Shown: one piece after another, positions 1 through 14,135 of the stretch | Position numbering within the stretch: position 1 is the first letter of the stretch | How the letters are laid out: each line of letters starts with the position of its first letter | Assembly (NCBI GenBank): GCA_028534125.1 | Contig: CM052832.1 | Coordinates: 23,872,001 to 23,936,000 of the forward strand | Direction: 5' to 3' | Length of the DNA stretch: 64,000 nt | Source of the DNA: Lama glama | Lineage: Eukaryota | The notes under the pieces: model-generated | Databases searched by the model: none | What the model was told of the DNA's origin: nothing | The model's input: only the letters and a program-made list of their open reading frames with translations | Position numbers and translations under genes: made by a program

Positions 1-1947
1 CCAGTACTTACTTAAAAGCCCACGAACATACATCTCATAATACTGACAACTCTTCTCCTAATTGGTAATAGTATATTTCAACTACTTCCCATAATTCTTG
101 CTGTTAAAGTCTAATTCTCCAGGGAACCCTAAAACCACTGATAATCCTGGTTTACTAGTTACCTTAAACCAAAGAGCCCAGCACAGAAGTATGAGAACAT
201 CACGCTACATCACTCAGACCATCACCTCTAAGAGTGAACTGTCTTCTACTTATCATAATTTGTTTGTGTCTTTGTTGACAAATTATTTTAAATTACAATT
301 ATTCTAAATGGTGGAGGTTTTAATTTAAAATAATAAAAATGGTTATTTCCCTTTGCTGCTGGTTATTTTTAAAGAAAATTTAGTTTTAGGTGGGGTGGGT
401 TTTGGAGAAAAGGATCTTCAGTCACCCAACCCTCTTGGCTGGGGTAAATTGGTTCTGAAGCTGACTAAGGGATTAAGAATAAAAGTGGGGCTCAGTATCT
501 ATTCTTCCTGCTTCCAAACAGACCTCAGACAGCTACACTTAGTGTCCGCAGGGCAAATACTTTAAAATTACTGGTCCTGGAATGTAATGTTATTAAGGCT
601 ACATATGATGAATGGAACCCAATCTAATTTGACCAGGTGCATGAGAACCAGCATATGGGTACCATAATTCTGACCACACCAACCTGACTGCTTTGGGCAA
701 AATCAGGCTGCTGCCCCAGAGAGAGGGAAACATGCCTCATCTCAATCAGTGCCCGTAGTCCTCCTCACTCTTTTGAACTTTCCAAGCATCATTCTGAGCC
801 AAAGAGGACTAGTATGTTCCTGCATCACACACCACACTGCCCTGGAGCGTGGGGAAATTTTATTTCTCTAAGGTGTGTAAAGATTTCCTGTGGCTGCTGG
901 GAACCAGGTAATGCATTTATTTTCTGTATTTTGTATTTCGTGAGTTTTGAGCTTAGGCATAATGACTTGCCACTGCCATTTTTAAAAGCAAGGTTATACG
1001 TATCGAAACACATGGATGGCTTTGTAATTCTCTGTCCAAATGTCAGATGGTCATCAGATACGGATGGGGGAGTTCACTGTCTGTTTTGGAAAGTCATCTC
1101 CTCTGAAACTGCCAGCAGCTACTCTTTCAAAATATGGGGCAGTGTTCTCTGCGCAGCTGAAATCAGCATCTAATCCCAAGAGGATTCAAAATTAGAAGTT
1201 TCTCATCTATTCTTTTCCTCTTAACGTCAGAGCTTTTGCTTCCATCGCAATTAAAAAAAAAAAAGACGAAATTTAACTGAATCCTTTACGTAATCTTACA
1301 AGTGAACTGGGTATCCTGTAGGTGGGTGAAGGCCATTTGAGAAATGATAAAAGCCCCTCAAACCTTTTAATAGTTGCCCATCTGTTCACAGTTATCTATG
1401 TTCTGTGTTACTCAACGTGCCAAATGTTACCACCATAGGCCTAGCCCATGATAGAAAAAAATGTGTTTGCTTTGTTAGCAAGCACCCTATCCCCCAAAAG
1501 AAAAGCACCAGCAGCTCCCAGAGCTGTTCAGAAAGGTCTGGCCCATTTCACACATCGGACTGCTGTCCCTGACTGTGGCTTAATCAGCCTCCTTGACAAG
1601 ACTCAAACTCCCACTATCTAATAGGGCTCCGTACGTTGAAAGACAGGCAGGAGTTAGCCCATAAACTGCAGGGCCAGGCAGATTGGTGTGGAATGCAGTC
1701 TAAAAGTGAATCAGATGTCACTTCATGTAAAGTCACCATGAGCTGAAGTCCTGCCACAACCTCTTAAGAGGTCAAAACACAGCTCATGCAAGGAAGCTGG
1801 AAAGATGCCTCTGGGTTTTAAATTTTAGAACAGTTTCTAGGAGACACGGAAGAACAAATAAAAGAAAGAATACACCACGATATCAAAAATATACATGCTA
1901 GCATTCCCAGAGAAAATGACCGAGTCCAAGACGGCTGTGTCTCACAA

Positions 1948-1972
1948 AACACACACACACACACACACACAC
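1948..1972. repeat. (CA)n microsatellite
   Basis: Uninterrupted CA run visible in the sequence. Confidence 0.9.
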
Positions 1973-2599
1973 TTCTCCCCACATGTGCCCTCAGCTGCTA
2001 TCCTGGCTCTCAAGAATAAAGGAAGGACAGAGCTGCAGATTCTCCAAATTCTTCCCAGGCAGTTCCATTCGCCTTGGTTTTCCAAAGTGGATTTAGCCAA
2101 GTTTGGATGAGGAGGTGGGAGCCAGGAATTAAGAATTAGGCTGAGGAAATGGATAGGGCAGTCAAAGCAAATGTTGAAGCAAGGTCAGGGCAAGGAATGA
2201 GTCAGGGCCAGGTGGACGGACAGATGAGTGTGGAGCAGGAAGCCAGCAGAGGAAGGGGGTAAGGCCAGATGGCTGGACAGAAGACAGTGTAAGAATCAGA
2301 AGATGAGCAAAGAGAAGCCAGATGTACAGCTGGAGACTCAAGAGACTGGGTTAGAGGATGCACCTCGAATTTGGCCTTCAGATTGTCTAGTCATCCCATT
2401 CAAGTAGAAGCCAACTTGGAGCTGAAGTTCCCCATAACCTATGGCTTACAGAGGAGAAACACAAACACTTGACCAGAGTTAGAGGGCAGGAGGAATGAAA
2501 AAGGGAGAGGAATATAGAATTTCATAACTCTCTTTTTTTAATGTTTTAGGAAATTCTACCTGAGGTTAATCTTAATTCCTTATTTCGTATTAGTTCATG

Positions 2600-4420
2600 A
2601 GTATTTCTTCTGAGTCTTTTTATAATGGGGACTATAACTCATCCGTTTTGTCATTTTTTTTCCTTATTTGAATTTTCCCCTTGCTTTTCATTTAAAGTTT
2701 AATTTTCATCTTTATCAAAGAATGCTCAGAATTTAAAGAGTCAATAGTTCTACAAGGCTTATCACAAAAACACAACAGTCCCCTGAAGGCCTCCTCTCAT
2801 TCTTTGTCTTGAGAGTCAACCACGTTCAGTTATTTTAGCTGTTTCTTTTAGTAATTACCTCCTTATCTCTAAATAGCGTGCTTATATCTCTACGTCTTGT
2901 TTATTTTCTTCAGTTTTAGGCATTACCCATTGCGTTCCCACCAAAAACATGAGGGTTTACATTTTTCTTGCCCAATGCCCCCAGCACATTAAATGCATGT
3001 TTTCTTTTGTGCCAATAGCGTTCTATCGCAATTTTTGGGTGACCGACAATCAGTGTTAACACAACTATGACTACTCCCATCTGAGTCATGAGGTATTCTA
3101 AGATTGTTTTCCATTTTATGCACAGCCCGTTTCCCTAGAGCCATGGTTTTTAGTTTCTCAGTTTTTTGTAGACTTAAATGATTACTCATCTCCGAACTCT
3201 TCCCCTAATTGTGTAAGTCTCCTTCCAATAAGGCCAGACATATATGGAATTCTCTTAGTTTTTTTTCCCAGAGGCATCTCTTCTGGAGAATCACTCCAGC
3301 TGCAAGGATGCACTGCAGGCCTGCTGCACGTCTATAACCTGGGATCTGCCCCCACCTTCATTTTAGGGACTTCCCTGCTCTCCCTCTTATGTGGTATCAC
3401 CTGCTTCTTGGGTTCTATATCCTCTTTCTTGGAATACTTTCCTCTTAACTAGGAAGAATACTGTCTTCTGAAAAAAAGTACATGAAAGGCCAATTTTTTG
3501 AGAACTTACAAGTCTGAAAATAATCTATATTTTGCTCTCACATTTGATTGCTGGTTTTGAGACAGGAGGGCAGGGGGCAGAGCACAACCATTAAAAGGCT
3601 GACACAGCAATCGGCAATCAGCACCAAGATGGAGGAAGATTCAACTTCCAGGAGACCTTGAGCTTCATTATACGCTTATTGAAATACAATAGCTGCTAAA
3701 TGGCCCTCCCACAGGTGCCATGACAGTTTCAACGTTGACCATAAAAGGTCAAAAGGTGGGTGATGGACCAGTTCCTGGAAAATCCCAGCTCCTTCCCCAG
3801 AGTAGTTGGAATCATCCTCTCACTTGTCAGCATACGAAGTTACCAAGCCCACAGAAACTAACAACACGCACATCTTGTGGCCGATCTCATTTTTCCTACC
3901 AGACCCCACACTCCGAGGCTGTTGCTCTCCCTTCTCAGTAAGACAGCCCACATTCTGCCTATGGAATGTGTATCTCCTAGGCCCCTTGGCCTTTCTCTCG
4001 CCTTTTGAGGCAGCCCACACTCTATGGAGTGTGTATCTCTCTGAATAAACCTACCTTCACTCTACTATGGCTCACTCTTGCATTCTTTCTTGCACGAAGC
4101 CAAGGACCCTCACTTGGTGGGGCACATCCCAGGGACTCGTCTGAGACCTGGGACATGGCCGTCCTTTCACACCCCTCATTTTTTTCTGTATCAGTTTGGC
4201 TGAGTGCAGAATTACATGCTGGAAGTTTTCTTCACAATTTTAAAGGCATCACTCCATTTTCTTCCAGCTCCCCAGGCTGCTATTAAGAAGTCCAAAGCCA
4301 TTCTGATTCTTCATTCTTCATATGTAACCTGTGTTCTCCTCTCCAGAGGAAGTTTTTGGGATCTTACCTGTTTCCAGTGTTTTGAACTTTCGTGATGATG
4401 TGCTTTGTGGTTAAGCAAAT
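2600..4420 (-). mobile_element. Old degraded L1 fragment(s), interrupted by a solo LTR
   Basis: T-rich sequence resembling antisense old L1M. It reads through on both sides of the LTR (…catttgattgctggttt | ggctgagtgcagaatt…). Boundaries are approximate. Confidence 0.5.
3558..4193 (+). mobile_element. Solo LTR, ERV1 class
   Basis: TG…CA termini (tgagac…tgtatca), 4-bp direct repeat GTTT at 3554-3557 and 4194-4197, AATAAA at 4044-4049, length about 636 bp. A 4-bp TSD is typical of ERV1. Confidence 0.8.
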
Positions 4421-6129
4421 ATTTTCTTTATAAATGATTTTTAAGAGGTGTAAAAAAGATTGAATGGGCAACTGGATATTGTTTGTCTCTGGGTGAGTTT
4501 ATATAAAACAAGTTTGTTTGTTTTCAAATAAAGAAGTTAGCATTGTAAATATTTAAGCAATTCAAACTTCTCTCACACCAACTGCATACGTTTATAAAAA
4601 CTTCATATACTTCAATAAGAATATAGCCAATCAGTATTTTCTCATATACTGTCTTGGAATAAAAGGTGTTCTGGAGACAATTTCCTAGGAGAAGAGGTAG
4701 CTGTCATTGTTTTAATTTTTTTTTTTGGCTTCACTGATCATCTTATAAAACCCATCATTAAAGTGCAGATATTTAATTCCTAACACTGTACAATTTTATG
4801 TCAAATGTCCAACGTTATGCCAAAAGTACAATGACTACACTTAAAGATGAAGAGAAACATTATTTCTATCCTTTTTCACAGTAGTTTCCAGGAATGGAGA
4901 GTTCCCCACACTTTCAAACATTTTATAAGGTCTCAATTGTTTTGCCCATCTTTAACAGGGGTAGTATGGAGTGGCCCTGGCTTTGGAATCATTAGCTGGG
5001 AGACACTGGGAAAAGAGCTTAATTTTGTTTGCTTTCGTTGCTATCTGTATATTGGATTGCTATAAATATGCATATAAAGGCATAAAAAGTCTGGCACACG
5101 GTGTGACAAACATGTTAGCTACTGTTAGGAAGACACCCCATCTCATAACACTCTCACAGGAACAGTCAGATCTACATCCAGCCTTCGTGTACGTGAAATG
5201 CTGGCCAGTCATCTAGAAGACCTGACCAATGGCAATGGCTAGCTGAAAACTTCAGGGCAGTACCCTGTTGTTATTATTTTCTCAACATTTCACTTTCCTC
5301 TGTCCATATACTTACTCTTCCAATATCTCTGAGAGAGGTTTTCTCAAGTCCCTGTGTAATGGTTACTCTAAAATAAGTATTTTGCTAGGTGATTAGTAAT
5401 TTTGTAGTCACAAAGTTTCTGCCCTAAACATTTCAATAATGACTGTTTTGCTTTTAAATAGTCCTCTGAGGAGGACACAAGCACAATCTCTATGGAATCA
5501 TTTTTGGAAGATAACACTCCTTGATCCTTCATATTTTCTCACCCAAGCCATCCTAGGCTCGGTGGTAAGGGGTCTGCTAAGGCCCTGAGTACTCATTCAA
5601 ACCAGCTATAAAAAGCAGCTTTCACAGCTGCTTTGAAAACTGACACCCCTTGGCACAGAGTAAGTGGTGATAAGCCCAGAATAACAGCCTATTTGTCTGT
5701 ATTACACACTTGGTATCTCCAAGACATACTGCACAGTTAAAATACTGCCTCCTGCCATCTTTCCTGCTAGCACATGGGCACCTTGCCTCCCAAGGAGACC
5801 AGTCTGAGCTTTTACTGTGCTGAGGTTGTAGCTGACTTTCTTTGTATCTCCCACTGAGTCTGCATGCTGCTGAGTACATGGAGACTTCTATAAATATTTT
5901 TTGATTGACTAATTAATTGGCTACCCCTCACTGCCTTTCCCTTGCCTGCCCACTCACTGGCATAATCCTGGATCAGGCAAAAAGCCAGATTTCCACAGGA
6001 GAAATTTCCATTTAAAAGGAGATACTAGATTAGTTTTTCCCACTTAAAACCACTGTGGCTTTCTCCTGTGATTCAGCTAATGTGAGCCTTTGGGCTTTCC
6101 ATACTCTCTTTTCTTTAGGATTTCAAAAA

Positions 6130-6212
6130 CTTTTTAATTGAAGTATAGTCAGTTACAATGTATCAATTTCTGGTGTACAGCATAATGTCCCAGTCATGTA
6201 TGTATGTATGTG

Positions 6213-6246
<34 letters not shown>

Positions 6247-7360
6247 TACACACACACATACTTGTTTCATATTCTTTTTCATTAGAGGTTATTACAAAAT
6301 ATTGAATATAGTTTCCTGTGCTATACAGAAATTTATTTATTTATTTTTAAATATAGTGGCTAACATCTATAAATCTCAAACTCCCAAATTTATTCTTTCC
6401 CACTCCCTTTCCCCCAGTAACCATAAGATTGTTTACTGTGTCTGCAAGTCTGTTTCTGTTTTGTAGGTGAGTTCATTAGTGTTCTTTTTTTCTTTTCTTT
6501 TCTTTTTTAGATTCCACATATGAGAGATATCATATGGTATTTTTCTTTCTCTTTCTTACTTACTTCACTTAGAATGACAATCTCCATGTCCATCCATATT
6601 GCTGCAAATGGCATTATTTTATTCTTTTTTATGGCTGAGTAGTATTCCATTGTATCAATGTACCACAACTTCTCTATCCAGTCATCTGTTGATGGATATT
6701 TAGGTTGCTGCCATGTCTTGACTATTGTAAATAGTGCTGCTATGAACATTTCAGTGCATGTATCTTTTTGAATTAGAGTTCCCTCCAGGTATATGCCCAG
6801 AAGTGGTATTGCTGGATCATATGGTATGTCTATTTTTAGTTTTTTAAGGGATCTCCATATTGTTTTCCATAATGGCTGCACCAAACTACATTCCCAACAA
6901 GAGTGTGGGAGGGTTCCCTTTTCTCCACACCCTCTCCAGCATTTACCATGTGTATACTTCTAAATGATGGCTATTCTGACTGGTGTGAGGTGATATACCT
7001 CATTGTAGTTTTGATTTGCATTTCTCTGATAATTAGTGATACTGAGCATTTTCTCATGTGCCTATTGGCCATTTTTCTTCATTGGAAAATTGCTTGTTTA
7101 GGTCTTCTGCCCATTTTTGGATTGGGCTGTTTGTTATTTTTGTTATTAAATTGTATGAGCTGTTTATATATTCTGGAAATTAAGCTCCTCTCAGCAGCAT
7201 CATTTGCAAATATTTTTTCCCATTCCATAGGTTGTCTTTTTATTTTGTTTATGGTCTCCTTTGCTGTGCAAAAGCTTGTAAGTTTAATTAGGTCCTATTT
7301 ATTTATTTTTGCTTTTATTTCTATTGCCTGAGTAGTTTGCCCTAGGAGAATACTGCTAAT
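6130..7360 (-). mobile_element. 5'-truncated L1 (ORF2 C-terminus + 3'UTR)
   Basis: ORF 6507-6884(-) is the L1 ORF2p C-terminus (…[12 protein letters not shown]…EKYHMISLICGI*). The 3'UTR carries TA/CA microsatellites and there is a T-tail at about 6131. Confidence 0.95.
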
Positions 7361-8099
7361 GCCATGTCTCTCTGGAATAACAAAAGTACTAGGTTTGCTG
7401 AAATTCCTTCTAATCTCAAAACTCTAGCATTCACTGTAGGATTTATAGACAACTGAATAACAGATCCAGCAACTCTCTTAAAAGAAAAACTCTAAGAATC
7501 AGTTCTTAAGCGGTGGGCCCGTTTTATGTATGAACATTTTCAACACGTGCAACTGTGATCATTTGATTTAAAATAGCCAGGTGATGACGGATTTGGCCCA
7601 AGAGCTCCCTGCCAACCTTTTTTTTTTGCTTCTTCACGTGTCTCCAGCCTCCTGGGTCTGTTTTCATTCTTGACTTTGATTTATTACTCGTGACAAAATC
7701 AGAGTTTTCAAATAGAGCTGTGGACTGCCCAAAGACTAGAGGTTCTTTTTTGCTCTTTGGACCTGGGAGCCCAAAGTAAAGAGGAAACAGAGAGAGAGGA
7801 GAAAGCAGAAAGAAAAGAACGGCGGGATGTGCGGAGAACAGGGGAGAGGGGATGAGGCAAGGGGAGCCGCTACCAGTGACGGAACAGTAGCCTCAGAGGG
7901 AACTACAGCCTGTCCCTAAACTGTGTTCAAAACACAAAAAGCAACTCCCTGACTTTGGAGGTTGAACAACAGCAGGGGAGTGGAGGAGGGCAATCTAAAC
8001 TTGAAAAAAGGATCCATTTCTGGGTTTCTTCCTCTTTTCCCTTCAGAGTTGACCTGAGGTCGGAACTGCACAGGGGGTGCAGGCAGCAAACTCCGAGGG

Positions 8100-9450
8100 A
8101 ACCTCCTGTTTTTGGGCGGAGGACTTGGAAAGGAGGCTCCGACAAGTGGTAGAATGTGAAGGAGAGTCCGGGTTGTTGTTGGTTTTCTTCTCTCTCCCAA
8201 GGGTGGCTGCAGTCACAGAACTGCCTGGCAGAGCAGTTAAGCAGCACAGGCAGCTAGAATTTCTCCAAGAAAACCCTGGTCTTACTGCCAGAAGAGCAGG
8301 GAAAGGGGCCTTTGTGACCCAAGGAGTGTAGGCAGAATCCCTGTCATTTTTCCCTCTTATTTTTCCCTCAGTGCTTTGCCCTAAGGATGGCCCCCATGTT
8401 GGGGAACCATACTGCAGCAGCATGAGCAGCTAAAACCTCAAGAGAAATCCAGTCTTTCTGGCCAGAAGACTAGGAGAAAAAAAGGCTCATAGGGGCAGAA
8501 GAGTGAGGAAGGGATCCCGGAGAGAAGACAGCTGATGAAGGGGGTCTCTTAATGTTGTGCATGAACCAGTGGGAACCCCAGTTGTGCCCCTGAGCTGTGT
8601 ATGTGTGGGACAGATCCAAAGGCTTTGAGACCTGCACTAGGATATGTAAGTTCTGCTCAAGTCCCACTACTCAGCTCCCAGACTAACCCCTAAATAGTGC
8701 TTCTGGGGGATCCAGTATCAGCAGAGCAAAGGCTTGAAAAAATGAACTGATATGCTTGAAAAAATGAACTGATATTGGAAACACTGCCCACAGGATGCAA
8801 GACAGAACTGGGCTGACTCTCTGATAAAAACAAAATTTGAGCATTTCGAAAGGACTCAGAATCTCACAACATGATACTCAAAAAGTCCATAATTCAATCA
8901 AAATATTTGACATGCAAGAGACCAGGGGAAATGTGACCAATTCTCAAGGGAAAAGACTATTAACACATACCAACCCCAAGACAACACAGATGTTGGAATT
9001 ATCACATAGATTTACAGGAGCTGTTTTAACTATGCTCTAGAAAATAAAGGTAAACATTCTAGAAATGAGTGGAAAGATAGACATTCTCAGCAGAGACATA
9101 GAACCTAAAAAAAAGAAACAAGTGAAAATTTTAGAACTGAAAACTGCAATAACAGGTAAAAAATGCACTGGATGGGCTCGGTAGTGGAATGGAGATGACA
9201 AAGGGAATGCCAATAAATCTGATGATACAGATAACCTGAAGAACAGAGAGAAAAAAGGTTGAACAAAAAAGTGAACGAAGCCTAAAAACCCTGTGGGATA
9301 ATATTAAAAGGTTTAATATTTGTATCATTAGAACCCCAGGAGAGGACAAAGTGACTGAGGTAGGAAACATACTTGAAAAAAAAATAAGAAAGAATGGCCA
9401 AAAACTTCCCAAACTTGGTGAAAACTATACATTCACAGATCCAAACAGTG
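8100..9450 (+). mobile_element. Old L1 5'UTR/ORF1 remnant
   Basis: A-rich degraded ORF1-like sequence (…ttagaactgaaaactgcaata…, …aatggccaaaaacttcccaaacttggtgaaaac…). Contains a 22-bp tandem duplication at 8732-8775. Confidence 0.7.
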
Positions 9451-10802
9451 CCATCTGTCTGGTTATTACACATATACGCACACCCACATGTAGTGCCTTA
9501 CAGTGAGTGCCTCGGAGGGGAGAAGAGGAAAGATGAGTGAAGTGAAGATACAACTGCCTAAAAAGAAAGAAACAAACGAACTGTGATGGGTTATTATTCT
9601 CTTTGGGGAGACGTCACAAGTATCAAGAACCTGAGTTCTTGAATGCCTTCTCTAAATCTAGCAGAACAAGGAATCACTATGTCAATCAATACATTGGTTC
9701 ATTTATCAAGGGCAAAACTTGCAGAAATGGTTTGCCACATCACAGACTCTTGATTTTTGGTCAGAAAACAGACACAGGATAAACTACAAAGGGATTTTCA
9801 AATTCTTACTTGAATACATCCTAAAAGAATTTCATAAAACTGTCTTGCACATTTTTAGGTTGGCATGTAAAAACTATCACCAAAATGTGAGTTGTTGTGA
9901 AGTGCAGCACTCTGTACTGACAGGTAAACGTGAAACTACTTTATCACTTGTTGAAATATATCCACTGAAATCCATCATCATTCATTTTAAAAGAATACAT
10001 AAACAGGCTACTTTTTGACAATCACAAATTCTGTACGATTATATTTTTTCCTTGAATTTATATTTCCATTCTTCTTGCTTTGCAAGAGTTTATCCTAGCT
10101 TTATGTTTTAACATCCTTTATTCACTACCTTATTATACTTTTCTGCATCAAAAGAATATATATGTATGTGTGTATATATATATATAAAAATTTAAATTCA
10201 AGGGTTAAAAAATGCTCTTCTGATTGTTACCATTGTAACTCTTATTAGAATAAAGTCATCAAAACAACAAAAATATTACAAACATTGACAGATAATTACT
10301 AAGTGTAAATAAAAGCATTTTTATTGGAAAACGCTCTTTTGTTTTTCAATTATTTCATGCATATGTGGCTAAGTACACTTATTGCTAGAATGAGTCAGGG
10401 TTAAAGATTAATGTGATTCTCAATTTCTGTTTTTATCAATATAAATGCTGAGAAACTGTTCACACAAATGAGGAGAGGAGAAAGGATGAAATTTTGTAAT
10501 AGAAATGTCATTCATTTCTTTAAAATTCTTCTGAGTTATATACTAAACATTTCATGGTGACTAAATATCCAAATTAATCTAATCATCAATGTAAGGAAGA
10601 AGCGGGGACGATGGAAATTTAGTGAGTAGCCTAACTACTCATCCATCTGGGTTCTCTCTGCCATTTGTTGTCCACGACTCAGCTATTTTACAACTCTGTA
10701 GCGATAGAAGTTAACTTGTAGAAAACTGATAGTAAAGCAAGGAAATAATTGTGAATAGGCATGTAAATAAAATTTATTCTGTGGAAGGTTCAATGGACTT
10801 AC

Positions 10803-10833
10803 CTCTCCCACTGTGGAAGAAGCCAGTTCACAC
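10803..10833 (-). other. Candidate small internal exon of the minus-strand gene
   Basis: Perfect donor GAG|GTAAGT (exon end 10803). Possible acceptors are ttgcttaatag (31-nt exon) or cttcttccacag (8-nt exon). No homology recognised. Confidence 0.25.
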
Positions 10834-13104
10834 CTATTAAGCAAATTCATTTTAGCATTCCCGTCAATGTCTCCCTTGAACTGATTTAAGACCTTTCTGG
10901 CTCTCTCATTTTTTAATTAGTTTTTAAATGTTCATTTTTTTATATGTATGAGAATCATGATTTCATCTTTTAAAATTTATCCTTTAACATTAGTTTATAA
11001 TTTGATTAGATTGACTTTCAGTTGTTTGCTTGTTTGTTTGTTTGAACAAAGATTTAGAAAACTGAAGACTTGTAAGAGTATCTCTGTCCAGGTATTAGAA
11101 TTATTCACTTTTGTCACCCCTAAAACTGGTATTCTGAAATATCCCCCATTCTTGCCCTCTCCATCCCCTAGGTTTTTACATCCTCGGGCAGTGCGTCGTA
11201 GTAAAATGGGTAAGAGATAGGCCTTTTAGTAAAATGGACTAATAAGATGGGTTAGAGAAAGGCCTTTCTTATGTAAAGAGAAAGGTGATTAAGGAAAAGG
11301 AGGTGTGAAAGGGAACTTGCACCCCTGTTACAAATCCACTCTCTAGAAGTCAGTCTTAGGTAAAAAGCACTTATGAAAGATGAAGATTTATAAACGTATC
11401 TTCTCCAAACACTCACGTGCATGGATCTTACAGAAGTCTTTGTGTATAGTAAACGTACCCAGTTTGAAAACTCCCAGCCAAAAGCTAGAAGCATAAAAAT
11501 GAGCCTCATCCCTAATTCAGTATTACCTAGGGACTCATTTGCATTAACAAACCTCTTTTTTTAAGTTTTCAGTTACTGAAGAACTTTAGAAAATTGTCCA
11601 ACTTCCACTCATAAGAGGCACTGAGAAAGGAGTCCTAGTGAAGGGAGAGGCCATTGGAAGCAGGAAGAAGAGGGAAAGGAGAGTGTCCGCGCAGCGGGGA
11701 CTCTGCACAGCCAGTGGTACCGTGAGAGTACTAAGAAACAAATAAGAATGGAAACGGAGCAGGGGGAGTCAATATTCAAACTTTACAAATTTTGCCTTAA
11801 TACCTGAGAACCTGCACTATACCCCTGGAAACCTCTAGCCACAGCTTTTATCACGCTAGAAAGTGAGGCCAAGCAACCAATTAAATGGACATTTCCATCA
11901 ACCTACTCACTATGCCAGCTATCTGAGCTTCCTGCCACTGGACAGAGGTGAACAGAGGTACCAGGCAGTATTCTTTAGACGGAAAGACCACTCTTACATC
12001 ACTCTAATCCCTTACCTACACACTCTGGGCAATACACAGGCTTCTAAACCGAGACGGCAGAAAATGGACATCCCCAGCTATGCATCACACTATAGTCAGA
12101 CTGAACTATACATCTACCACCCAGAAGTCTATTTTACCTGGTTCTGGAAAACTCGACTGGCCAGTTTATTAGTGTGTCCAGTCTGACTGCTTCTTGTTGC
12201 CTTAGATTAAAATAATCAGTTCATCTGATAGGAATTCAGCGATTCTTCCTCAAATAAAACTAAGTAGAAACCAGGTTGGAACGAATGATGAAAACCACCT
12301 AAGTCGCTCCTTTGAGACCTATGTTCACAGTTTCATGGTCTTTATATCTTCCTTCACTGCTATTTACCTTCGCATCTGCAGTGATTTGCACTGCTGGTCA
12401 TACAACAGTCATTCATAATAGGGGAATGAATAAATAATCAATGGATCCCAGAGTTTCTCTGGATCTCCGTGGACTGATGCCAAGCAGTAACGGTTATTTT
12501 CTCATTAAAGTGTGCACAAATATGGACACAAGACAGCCAGTGTTGTCTATGTACTTCAAGGTCTGTCTTTGGTGTCTGCAGCATCCAGCTTCTCCAGGAA
12601 CCATCCTCCTCTTCAGTACTACCATTTAGACCACCTCACTTCGGCTTTCAGAATCCCAGAACCCTACTGCTCTTTAATACCCCTTTCTGTCAAAACAAGA
12701 ATGATTTTAGGTTAGACTTTTGTATCACAGAATGGCCTTTAAATTCTGAGAAGCTGGGGGTCATCAGGAACCTCGAAAGTTACGTAATTCATCTATTCAT
12801 CAGACAGAGGTGAAATTTTAATTAGGGATGACTGCACCTTCTCCACTCGGCTAAGTGGTTAATGAGAAGCAAGGATTATTAGATGTCTCACTAACCAGAC
12901 AGGGCAGATGAAGATCACATCCATAATAACTGAAAGTTCTTGTTTTAGACAACTTCCATGTCCCTTCCATATAGGGCTGTATAATGAAAGGGAAACCATC
13001 TTATTATATGTAACTTCTCAGTAAAAGAAGATATGTTTTCCTAAGTGGGAAAGGGGTCTAGTTTAGAAAAACAAAACGAGATGGAATTCCCCTGGATATA
13101 AAGC

Positions 13105-13380
13105 TCATGTTAAAAAAAAACCAAATATTGCATGATTTCACTTATTTGAGGCATCTAGAATAGGCAAATTCATAGAGACAGAAAGTTGAATGGTGGTTGC
13201 GAGGGGCTGGAGGAAGAGGGAAATGGAGGTTTGTCGTTAATGGGTACAGAGGTTCAGCTGAAAGGATGAAAAAGTTCTGGAGATGGATGATGCTGATGGC
13301 CGAACAACTTCGCGATTGCACCTAATGTCATTGACTTTCATGTTAAAATGGTAACTTTTATGCCAATTAAAAAAAGTTTA
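13105..13380 (+). mobile_element. L1MB-like 3' end fragment
   Basis: Typical L1M 3'UTR (…ggcaaattcatagagacagaaag…tggtggttgc…aaaagttctggagatggatg…). Confidence 0.8.
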
Positions 13381-13999
13381 AGAAACTATTACATTTTTTT
13401 AATTCTAAAAAATTTTTAAACTTTTTTTAACTATAAAAAAATCTTATAATGGCCTGTTCTGATCTTAGGGTGCTTGCCCCCTTCCTAAGTACAAGTAGAA
13501 ATCTCCTGAATGAACGGCCAAAGCTCACAGCCTGAATCAGGGCAGAACCAGAAAGAGCCCAATGCTAAAATGCCAGATTTCCAATTGGTTTATTGTTACC
13601 AGAATAACCAAACTAAATCATGTTAGAAATACTGAACTACTCAGCAGTATACATATACAAGGAAAATGTTAAGTGAAATTTATACCATGCTTACTGTCTC
13701 TTTGATTTAAAAGTTGTCCTCTGTCCCATCCTAAAACCAGGTGATATCAGGGGCTGAAGATGCTCATATGCGATTGGAGTAAGTGGATTTCAGCCGTAAA
13801 ATTTTAGAATAGCCTTTTTTCATACTTATTAAGACATGAGAAAATAGATACTACAATTAGAATTTAAATAGGAGGAGAAGTCAGGATCTCAGTTCTAACC
13901 ACTTAGTTTGGGGGAATGAGTAAGTTGAGGATATACCATTAGTGTGTAAGTCAAAAGCAGAATCATCCTCTTTATTTTGGTCATTAAAATACATCTCCA

Positions 14000-14135
14000 G
14001 GGGAAGGTGTAGCTCAGTGGTAGAGTGCATGCTTGGCACACACAAGGTCCTGGGTTCAATCCCCAGTACCTCCATAAAATAAATAAACTAATAAAATAAA
14101 TAAATAAACCTAATCTCTCTAAATAAATAAACAAA
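14000..14135 (+). mobile_element. tRNA-derived SINE (camelid Vic-1-like)
   Basis: Head with A box (tagctcagtggtagag) and B box (gggttcaatccc), then an (AAAT)n tail containing aaacctaat. Imperfect flanking repeat aaaatacatctcca / aaaatacactgca. Confidence 0.85.

Noticed and set aside
6903..7331. 142-aa hydrophobic ORF suggesting a membrane protein
   Set aside because: It is the antisense frame of L1 ORF2, a well-known false positive.
8732..8775. 22-bp tandem duplication (similar short duplications near 14193 and 32500)
   Set aside because: Ordinary slippage or repair duplications with only two units. Not an array and not CRISPR-like.
11537..11551. OCT-SOX-like composite ATTTGCATTAACAAA
   Set aside because: Spacing is one base off the canonical composite, and it is an isolated motif.
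14000..14075. tRNA gene
   Set aside because: The A and B boxes are followed by an A-rich tail and a TSD-like repeat, so this is a SINE head and not a tRNA.
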